Source of the DNA: Alphaproteobacteria bacterium
GTDB lineage: Bacteria > Pseudomonadota > Alphaproteobacteria > UBA11136
DNA: 64,000 nucleotides
Direction of reading: 5' to 3'
NCBI GenBank assembly: GCA_016776635.1
Contig: JADHSZ010000005.1
Location: forward strand, 5,857-69,856
Part shown: positions 23,608-30,942 of the stretch, one piece after another
Position numbering within the stretch: position 1 is the first letter of the stretch
Layout: each line of letters starts with the position of its first letter
Notes under the pieces: model-generated
What the model was told of the DNA's origin: nothing
What the model saw: only the letters and a program-made list of their open reading frames with translations
Databases searched by the model: none
Made by a program: the position numbers and the translations under genes

Positions 23608-24453
23608 ATGGCGTCCCCACGATACAATCGCCAAATACCGGAAAAACACAGCATGACGAACGATGGAGCCAAGAAAACACGGCCGGACCAGGACGAAGAC
23701 CTCATGGCCGGGCTGCGCGTGGAGTTTCTCGAAGACACGGCGGAATCGCTACGCGATCTCCAGCACGCCCTCGACTCGGCATTGGGCGGCAAAAAGCCGG
23801 CGGCGGAATTTCTCATGGAGACCCGCCGGGTAGCGCTGCTGCTCAAAGGGCAGGCCGCCAATGTGGGCGCGCACCTGATCACCGTCGTGGCCCACCGCCT
23901 TGAGGATTACCTGACTAATGTGGAGGAGTTGGACGAGCGCGCCGGCGCCGACCTTCAGGTCTTTCTCGACACTCTGACCGACATTGCCGAAGGCAAGACC
24001 GAGCTCGACGCCAACCCCGCCGTTATCGTCCGCAACCTTCCAGCCAAACCGGGATTCGATTTCGATCTCGCCGATCTCGAAGTCCGCGACGTGGAGGTCA
24101 TGCTGGTGATGCTGCGCGGTGCGGCTACTCGTTTCGTGGAACGCGAACTGCAGCAATGCGGCTATCGCATCACCAACGTCGCCTCGACCTTCGAGGCCCT
24201 GCCCATGATCATCCACACCAAGCCCAACATGATCGTCATCTCGGCGGTGCTACCCGATCTCAGCGGTATCGACCTTGCCATCGCCCTCGCCTCGATGCCG
24301 GAAACCCGGAACACACCGGTGGCCCTGATCACCAGTTTCAACCGCGATCACGAAAGCCTGCACCTTCTTCCCGCCAATATCCCGGTGATCCAGAAGGGGC
24401 CGTCCTTCGGCGACGATCTGGTGGAGGCCCTCAACAACGCTTTCCTGCTCTAG
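23608..24453 (+). CDS. Hpt (histidine phosphotransfer) domain fused to a degenerate receiver-like domain
   Basis: N-terminal four-helix Hpt-like region with a candidate His in ITVVAHRLEDYL. C-terminal REC-like fold (VEVMLVML...MIVISAVLPDLSGIDL...VALITSF...IQKGPS) in which the acidic pocket and phospho-acceptor Asp appear substituted (ISA where ISD is expected). The start may be at 23608 or 23653. Confidence 0.5.
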   Translation: MASPRYNRQIPEKHSMTNDGAKKTRPDQDEDLMAGLRVEFLEDTAESLRDLQHALDSALGGKKPAAEFLMETRRVALLLKGQAANVGAHLITVVAHRLEDYLTNVEELDERAGADLQVFLDTLTDIAEGKTELDANPAVIVRNLPAKPGFDFDLADLEVRDVEVMLVMLRGAATRFVERELQQCGYRITNVASTFEALPMIIHTKPNMIVISAVLPDLSGIDLAIALASMPETRNTPVALITSFNRDHESLHLLPANIPVIQKGPSFGDDLVEALNNAFLL

Positions 24454-24720
24454 AGCGGGTCAGGATTGATAGGGATCACTTTGATGGCGGCGAATCGGTT
24501 CATTCGGGTAGGCGCGGCGGGCGGCGCGATGTGGGGGCATCGGGCAAGCGCCGCAACGCTTCCGAGGGGCCGATCCGCCCCACCTTCGGCCGGGTGCTTT
24601 GGCCCCGTGGCGTCGTTACGCTCCTCATCCGATGCGCAGGCATCGCATTTCGAAGCGCGCCTCGTCACGGGACAAAATCATCCCGGTCAAATGATTCCTA
24701 TCAATCCTGAACCGCTCTAA
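24451..24720. mobile_element. MITE-like element: 26-29 bp terminal inverted repeats enclosing about 210 bp, with no transposase
   Basis: Left inverted repeat tagagcgggtcaggattgatagggatcac (24451-24479). The right end (24691-24720) reverse-complements to tagagcggttcaggattgataggaatcat, 26 of 29 identical. The interior has only weak self-complementarity and no credible ORF. Confidence 0.4.
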
Positions 24721-24725
24721 CCTGC

Positions 24726-24747
24726 GTGACGTCACAAAGTTTGTGAC
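24726..24747. promoter_or_regulatory. Composite palindromic operator GTGACGTCAC / GTCACAAAGTTTGTGAC, 30-50 bp upstream of the TPR-GT9 gene
   Basis: A 10-bp perfect palindrome overlaps a 17-bp perfect palindrome, giving three GTGAC half-sites. Confidence 0.4.
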
Positions 24748-24777
24748 AGCGGCCCCTGATATCCTATCCTCGGGACC

Positions 24778-26412
24778 ATGATCAAATCATCCAACGGCAC
24801 AGTGGAGCAGACCCTCGCCGAGGCGCTGGAACATTTCCGCGCCGGGCGCCACGGGGAATGTGAGCGTCTGTGCCGCGAGGTTCCCAGCGGCGACACCGTT
24901 CAGAACGCCGAAGTTCTGCATTTACTGGGGGCGGCCCTCGATGCTCAGGGGCGCTATGCCGAGGCCCTGGAGCCGCTACAACGGGCCCTGGGTCTGGCCC
25001 CCGAACGGGCCGATTTTCTCGTTACCCTGGGCAATGTCTGCGGCCATCTCGGCGCCGACGAGGACGCCGTCACCCTCTATGGTCAGGCGCTGGTTCTTGA
25101 GGCCGATTCACCGGAGACTGCGGGGACTGTGCGGAATCTGGGCCAGGCTCTGCGGCGGCTGGAGGAATACGAGGACTCGGCGGCGTGTCTGCGCGAGGCC
25201 CTGCAACGTCACCCCGGGGACGCCGGCCTTCACGCCGCGCTGGCCGCCACGCTGGGCGAAATGGAAGAGTTCGACGAGGCCCATGAGCATTACGGACGGG
25301 CCCTGAAGCTGGACCCCGGCAATGGCGAAGCCCACGGCAATCTCGGCAATCTGCTGCGTGATCTGGGCCGCATTGACGAGGCCCTGGATCACTACGCCCG
25401 AGCGGTGACGCTGTTGGGATCGGACAGCATCGGCGCCACCGGCGCCAAGGTCAACCGGGCGCTGGCGCTGATTCTCGCGGGGCGCTACGGCGAAGGCTGG
25501 GACGCCTATGAGCGCCGCCTCGACCAGCCCGATTTTTTGCCTCCCGGTGATCTGCCGCCGCGCTGGGACGGCGAACCCCTGGAAGGGAAATCCATCCTTG
25601 TCCATGACGAACAGGGAATCGGCGATGTCATCATGTTCGCCACCTGTCTGCCCGACCTTGTGGCCACCGGAGCGCGGGTGGTCCTGATTTGCGAAAAGCG
25701 TCTCGAAACCTTGTTTGCCCGGTCCTTTCCTTCCGCGCGCGTAATCCCCCATCACGGCCAGCGTTTCGAGGGCGTAAAACCCGGTGACGCGGATTTCTCC
25801 CTTCCCATCGGCAGCCTGCCGCGGCATTTCCGCCGCGACGAGGCAGATTTTCCACAGCAGAACCGTATCCTCCAGCCCGATCCCGCCAAGACGGCAACCT
25901 GGCGTGGGCGCTTCGCGGAATTGGGGCCGGGACTCAAGATCGGCATGTCCTGGCGCGGCGGCGTTAAACCCTGGGACAAACGCCGGCGCACCACCCGGCT
26001 CGAGGAATGGCTGCCCTTGTTCCGGGTTCCGGGCACGCGGTTCATCAGTTTCCAGCATGGCGACACGGCCGAGGAACGGGAGGCTCTGAAAACCGAGCAT
26101 GGAGTCGTGGTCGAGGATTTTACCGAAGGCGATGACAGCTTCGATGATTTCGCCGCCCGGATAGACGCCCTCGATCTGGTTATTTCCATGGCCAATACGA
26201 CGGTGCATGTGGCAAGCGCCCTGGGCAAGCCGGTCTGGTCCCTGATACCCCGGGTGCCGGGATGGCGCTGGGGTTTCCACGGATCCACCTCGCCCTGGTA
26301 TCCCAGCATGACCATGCTGAGACAGGAAGGCGGCCAGGGCTGGACCGCCGCTCTCGAAGACGCCGCCGCCATGCTGGCCGATTTTGCCGCCGGAGATGGA
26401 GCGTCTTCCTGA
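24778..26412 (+). CDS. TPR-repeat protein with C-terminal glycosyltransferase family 9 (heptosyltransferase-like) domain
   Basis: About 7 N-terminal TPR units (AEALEPLQRALGLAP..., EEYEDSAACLREALQ...). The C-terminal half has a GT9-like GIGDVIMFATCLP motif and a second Rossmann-like half. Confidence 0.6.
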   Translation: MIKSSNGTVEQTLAEALEHFRAGRHGECERLCREVPSGDTVQNAEVLHLLGAALDAQGRYAEALEPLQRALGLAPERADFLVTLGNVCGHLGADEDAVTLYGQALVLEADSPETAGTVRNLGQALRRLEEYEDSAACLREALQRHPGDAGLHAALAATLGEMEEFDEAHEHYGRALKLDPGNGEAHGNLGNLLRDLGRIDEALDHYARAVTLLGSDSIGATGAKVNRALALILAGRYGEGWDAYERRLDQPDFLPPGDLPPRWDGEPLEGKSILVHDEQGIGDVIMFATCLPDLVATGARVVLICEKRLETLFARSFPSARVIPHHGQRFEGVKPGDADFSLPIGSLPRHFRRDEADFPQQNRILQPDPAKTATWRGRFAELGPGLKIGMSWRGGVKPWDKRRRTTRLEEWLPLFRVPGTRFISFQHGDTAEEREALKTEHGVVVEDFTEGDDSFDDFAARIDALDLVISMANTTVHVASALGKPVWSLIPRVPGWRWGFHGSTSPWYPSMTMLRQEGGQGWTAALEDAAAMLADFAAGDGASS

Positions 26413-26434
26413 AAGCTGGCGAGGAGCGGGCATC

Positions 26435-26458
26435 AAAAAACCCTCCTGGAAGGGAGGG
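26435..26458 (-). terminator. Rho-independent terminator of the cNMP-binding protein gene (possibly bidirectional)
   Basis: Minus strand reads CCCTCCCTTCCAGGAGGG (GC-rich hairpin) followed by TTTTTT. Confidence 0.55.
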
Positions 26459-26493
26459 CGCTGGTAAGGGGGCAGAAACGTGAGAGGAGCGGG

Positions 26494-26910
26494 CTAGGCG
26501 GCCTCGTGCTGGCCGGCTCTGGCCTCTTCGGATTCCACAAGGAGGTCGGTGGTGTTGCGAACGTTGTTGATGAGCACCCGAACCAGCGCGCCCATGAACA
26601 CATCGGCATCGGCCATTTTTTCCTCGAACACGTGGCGGGGAATGACGGTGCAGGTGGTTTCCCTAGTCGCTATCGCCGTGGCCATGCGGCGGGTATCTTC
26701 GATGGGCGCCATTTCGCCGAACAGGCCGTTCTTGCCCACGACCCCCAGCACCACCTTTTTACCGCCCACGTTCCTGGAAATCTCCACTTCGCCGGCGGTG
26801 ACGATATAGGCGCAGACGCCCAGCTTGCCTTCCCTGAAGATGACGGCGTTGGGTGAAAAGGTCTGGATCTCCACACCCACGCCGCTGAACTTTGATGTAC
26901 CGTTTACCAT
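26494..26910 (-). CDS. Stand-alone cyclic-nucleotide-binding domain protein (no DNA-binding domain)
   Basis: 138 aa. cNMP-binding beta-barrel signature GKNGLFGEMAPIEDTRRMATAIA (phosphate-binding cassette GE...R.A). The protein ends after the C-helix and has no HTH. Confidence 0.6.
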   Translation of the reverse strand: MVNGTSKFSGVGVEIQTFSPNAVIFREGKLGVCAYIVTAGEVEISRNVGGKKVVLGVVGKNGLFGEMAPIEDTRRMATAIATRETTCTVIPRHVFEEKMADADVFMGALVRVLINNVRNTTDLLVESEEARAGQHEAA

Positions 26911-26980
26911 GTTCCCACCCTCATCCGTTGCCAGATACCTCAGAACAGGGACGAGAATACCCTTTCCCGGAGTGGGGAGA

Positions 26981-26996
26981 TGTGACCCACGTCACA
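26981..26996. promoter_or_regulatory. Perfect CRP-type site TGTGA-N6-TCACA about 70 bp upstream of the cNMP-binding protein gene
   Basis: tgtgacccacgtcaca. A second TCACAT...ATGTGA inverted repeat lies at 27020-27045. Confidence 0.45.
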
Positions 26997-27090
26997 ACCG
27001 TGGTGAAATGATGTAAATCACATACATGTTTTATGTGAACATGGCGCTAACACCCTGTAATAAAAGGGAAAACTTTTCGGGAATTTTCCG

Positions 27091-27180
27091 GTGATTTTCC
27101 GGTGATTTTCCGGAAAACCGCGCCGCTGGGCTCCGCGCCGGGGAATGCCTGAAGATTCGCGGGGATTCGGGGGATTCGGG
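27091..27180. repeat. Short tandem repeats: (t)gattttccgg x3 including the palindrome TTTTCCGGAAAA, and gattcgSgg x3
   Basis: aattttccggtgattttccggtgattttccggaaaacc at 27091-27126 and gattcgcggggattcgggggattcggg at 27154-27180, between the prfB 3' end and the cNMP gene promoter. Confidence 0.6.
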
Positions 27181-27187
27181 AGGAAAG

Positions 27188-28325
27188 TTACGCCGTGTCA
27201 GAGGCCTGATTTTTACCCGGGCCGCCGCCCGGCCCGCCACCCGCAAGAGCGGCCTCGAGAAATTCGTCGATGCCGCCGTCGAGCACACCCTGGGTATTGC
27301 CCTTTTCCACGCCGGTACGCAGATCCTTGACCATCTGATAGGGGTGGAGGACGTAGGAGCGGATCTGGTGGCCCCAGCCGATTTCCGTCTTGGCCTCGCG
27401 TTCGGCCTGGGCGGCGTCCTCGCGCTTTTGCAGTTCCAGCTCGTAGAGACGGGCGCGCATCATATCCATGGCCGCCGCCCGGTTGCGGTGCTGGGAACGG
27501 TCGTTCTGGCATTGCACCACAATGCCCGTGGGCAGATGGGTAAGGCGGATGGCGCTGTCGGTCTTGTTCACGTGCTGGCCGCCGGCGCCCGAAGCGCGAT
27601 AGGTATCCACCCGCAGGTCCTTATCGGCGATTTCCACCTCGATGGCGTCGTCAATCACCGGATAGACGCCCACCGAGGCGAAGCTGGTGTGGCGCCGCGA
27701 CTGGGAATCGAAGGGCGAGATACGCACCAGACGGTGAACCCCGGACTCGGTCTTGAGCCAACCATAGGCGTTATCGCCGTTAACCCGCACGGTGGCCGAT
27801 TTCAGCCCCGCTTCCTCGCCCGCGCTTTCCTCCAGCCATTCCACCTTGTAGCCGCGCGCCTCGGCCCAGCGCAGATACATGCGCAACACCATTTCGGCCC
27901 AGTCCTGGGCTTCGGTGCCGCCGGCCCCGGCATGGACCTCGAGGTAACAGTCATTGCCGTCGGCCTCGCCCGAGAGCAGGCTTTCCAACTGGCGCTTGGC
28001 CGCCACCCTGGCCAGGGCCTGCAGGGCCTTTTCGGCCTCGGCCTCCATATCCGCGTCGCCTTCCTCGGCGGCCATTTCCAGCAATTCGCAGGTATCGGAA
28101 AACTCACTTTCCATGCCGCGAAAACCGTCTATGGCGGATTCCAGCCGGGTCCGTTCGCGCATCACCTTCTGGGCCTGGGCCTGGTCGTTCCACAGATCTG
28201 GGTCTTCGGCCCGGGCGTTCAGCTCGGCCAGTTTTTGTTCCGCTGTGTCGGGGTCAAAGGCGCCTCCTCAGCAGTTCCAGTGACTGCTTGATCTCGGTAA
28301 CGATGGAGTCGAGTTCGGCGCGCAT
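27188..28325 (-). CDS. prfB: Peptide chain release factor 2, expressed via programmed +1 ribosomal frameshift
   Basis: Frame 0 runs from ATG 28325 (AAGGA Shine-Dalgarno) as [23 protein letters not shown] and reaches AGG AGG CGC CTT TGA C. The in-frame UGA is at 28256-28254. Slipping +1 by skipping T28256 and resuming at GAC (28255-28253) continues as [12 protein letters not shown]... through the SPF and GGQ motifs to 27188. About 378 aa in total. Confidence 0.9.
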
Positions 28326-28361
28326 GATTTTTCCTTTGGAGGCGAAACAGGCGGCGGGAAA

Positions 28362-30809
28362 TTAATACAACCCCCCTGGCCCGGCAACAGGAGAATCCGC
28401 CACCGCGTTCAGGGCATTGCCGTCAATCACCGAACCCACGCCTTGCCCCGGCGAAGGTTCGGTCCCCGGCTTGAAGGCCTCGAGGATCACGCGTTTGTCC
28501 CCGGGAGCGGCGGGAAGGCCGGTGGTGGCGTTGACCCGCACCAGACGGATGCCGGGGGGCACCCGGAAGGGAATGCCCGGCCTGCCTTCCAGAGCAGCTT
28601 CCATGAAATCGCGGAACATGGGCGCGGCCACGCTCGATCCGGTTTCGCGGCCCAGGGTTTTCGGCTGGTCGAAGCCCACATAGACGCCCACGGCGAGATC
28701 GGGGGAAAACCCCACGAACCAGGTATCGAAGCTTTTGTTGGTGGTTCCCGTCTTGCCCGCCAGCGGTTTGCCCACCGCCTTGATGCGGCGTCCGGTGCCG
28801 CGCTCCACCACGCCCTGGAGCATGGACACCACCTGGTAAGCGCTGGTGGAGTCTACCACCCGGGTACGGTTGTCGGGAGGCTCCGGCACCGCCAGATCGG
28901 CGTTCCAGAAAGCCGTGGTGCAGCCTTCACAGGGACGGTCGTCGTGACGATAGATGGTGCGGCCGATGCGATTCTGGATACGGTCGATGAAGCTGGGGGT
29001 GATGCGCTTGCCGCCGTTGACGAGTTGGGCGTAGGCGGTGGTGAGGTCAAGCAGGGTGGTCTCGCCCGCGCCCAGGGCCATGGCGAGCTGGGACGGCATA
29101 TTGTCCATGACGCCGAAGCGCCCCGCGGTATCCACCACCCTGTCCATGCCGATGGTCTGGGCCAGCCGCACCGTCATCAGGTTGCGTGATTTCTCGATAC
29201 CCAGGCGCATGGGGCTGGGGCCGTAGAATTTCTTGGTGTAGTTGGCGGGCTTCCATTTGCCCAGCCCCGGCCCCTGGTTGATGACGAAGGGCGCGTCGAG
29301 AATCAGGGTGGACGGCGTGAACCCCTGTTCCAGCGCCGCCAGATAGACGAAAGGCTTGAATGCCGATCCGGGCTGGCGCTTGGCCTGGGTGACGCGGTTG
29401 AACTCGCTCATGGAAAAATCATAGCCCCCCGACATGGCGAACACGCGCCCGGTATGGGGATCGAGCGCCACGAGGCCACCGCCGATCTCTGGAATCTGCC
29501 GCAGGGCATAGGTGTTGGGGGGATAGGAGACCGGATCTTCGTCTTTCGATTGCGGCGTCGAGGAGGTGACCTTCTCCACCGCGATCACATCGCCGATGGC
29601 CAGCACCTCGCCGGCGCGGCGCACCGACGGTCCCCGCTTGCCGCCCTTCAGGGCTTCGCGCGCCCATCTCACCTCGGCCAGCGGAATGGCGCCCAGCGCG
29701 CCGGACGGGAAACCGATATCCACGCTTTTGTCCGACACCGCCAGAACCACCGCGCGCTTCCAGTCCATCATACCCGGCGGCACCGCCACGGCGGCCACCT
29801 GACGCGCCCAGTTGACGCCGGGATTGATGTTTGTGAGGGGTCCGCGCCAGCCGTGGCGGCGGTCATAGGTGCGCAGGCCGGCGCGCAGGATATCATCGGC
29901 GATCCCCTGGAGACGCGGGTCCACCGAGGTGCGCACCGAAAGGCCGCCCTCGTACAAGCCTTTATAGCCGTACCGTTCGAGGATTCTGCGCCGCACTTCC
30001 TCAAGGAAATATTCAGCCCTTGCGAATTGCGTGTCCTCGCGCCGGCGCACCTGCAAGGGCGTGGTCTTGGCCTCCAGCGCCTCGCCGGGGGTGATATGGC
30101 CGTCGTCGAACATGCGGTTGATGACCCAGTTGCGGCGCGCCAGCGCCGCCTTGGGATAGCGGAAGGGATGATAGTTGTTGGGCGCCTTGGGCAAGGCCGC
30201 GAGATAGGCCACCTCGGCGATGGAAAGCTCGCCCAGGGACTTGTTGAAATAGTTGAGCGCGGCGGCGGCCACCCCGTAGGATCCCAGACCGAGATAAATC
30301 TCGTTGAGATAGAGTTCGAGGATGCGGTCCTTGGTGAACGCCCTCTCGATGCGGAAGGCGAGAATGGCTTCCTTGATCTTGCGCTCGATGGAGACCTCGT
30401 TGGTGAGCAGGAAATTCTTGGCCACCTGTTGAGTGATGGTGGAGGCGCCCTTGAGCCGGCGCTGGCTTCCCATATTGGCGAGATTGGTGACCATGGCCCG
30501 TACCACGCCCAGGAAATCAATTCCCGGATGGCTGTAGAAATTCTTGTCCTCGGCGGAGAGGAAGGCGTTGATCACCCGTTTCTGCATGGCGGAAATGGGA
30601 ACGAAGACCCGCTTCTCCACCGCGTATTCGGCGATCAGGCGGCCGTCACCGGCATGGACACGGGTCACCGTGGGGGGATCGTAATCGGCCAGCTGTTTGT
30701 AGTCGGGCAGGCCGCGCCCGAAATGATAGAGCACGTACAACCCGCCACCCACACCGAGCATGGTGAGAACCAGAAGAAAGGAGAACAGGAATCCGATTGC
30801 TCTGAACAT
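28362..30809 (-). CDS. mrcA: Penicillin-binding protein 1A (bifunctional transglycosylase/transpeptidase)
   Basis: GT51 motifs (EDKNFYSHPGIDFLGVVRA, RKIKEA), transpeptidase SxxK (SAFKP), SxN and KTG(T) motifs, N-terminal membrane anchor. Start is taken at ATG 30809. A GTG at 30848 is also possible. Confidence 0.85.
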   Translation of the reverse strand: MFRAIGFLFSFLLVLTMLGVGGGLYVLYHFGRGLPDYKQLADYDPPTVTRVHAGDGRLIAEYAVEKRVFVPISAMQKRVINAFLSAEDKNFYSHPGIDFLGVVRAMVTNLANMGSQRRLKGASTITQQVAKNFLLTNEVSIERKIKEAILAFRIERAFTKDRILELYLNEIYLGLGSYGVAAAALNYFNKSLGELSIAEVAYLAALPKAPNNYHPFRYPKAALARRNWVINRMFDDGHITPGEALEAKTTPLQVRRREDTQFARAEYFLEEVRRRILERYGYKGLYEGGLSVRTSVDPRLQGIADDILRAGLRTYDRRHGWRGPLTNINPGVNWARQVAAVAVPPGMMDWKRAVVLAVSDKSVDIGFPSGALGAIPLAEVRWAREALKGGKRGPSVRRAGEVLAIGDVIAVEKVTSSTPQSKDEDPVSYPPNTYALRQIPEIGGGLVALDPHTGRVFAMSGGYDFSMSEFNRVTQAKRQPGSAFKPFVYLAALEQGFTPSTLILDAPFVINQGPGLGKWKPANYTKKFYGPSPMRLGIEKSRNLMTVRLAQTIGMDRVVDTAGRFGVMDNMPSQLAMALGAGETTLLDLTTAYAQLVNGGKRITPSFIDRIQNRIGRTIYRHDDRPCEGCTTAFWNADLAVPEPPDNRTRVVDSTSAYQVVSMLQGVVERGTGRRIKAVGKPLAGKTGTTNKSFDTWFVGFSPDLAVGVYVGFDQPKTLGRETGSSVAAPMFRDFMEAALEGRPGIPFRVPPGIRLVRVNATTGLPAAPGDKRVILEAFKPGTEPSPGQGVGSVIDGNALNAVADSPVAGPGGLY

Positions 30810-30942
30810 ATCCGCGTCACCGTGGACCAAAACACCCGCCGAAACCACCCCCGAAAGGCCGTGCCGTGCATGGATGCGGGCGGTGATGATGCTAATAAGG
30901 GAATGCGGCAGGTTTATGACCGGTTTATGACCTGTAACAGGT

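Noticed and set aside
25108-26436. 442-aa minus-strand ORF
   Set aside because: Antisense to the TPR-GT9 gene, whose TPR periodicity and GT9 motif are on the plus strand.
27344-28291. 315-aa plus-strand ORF
   Set aside because: Antisense to prfB.
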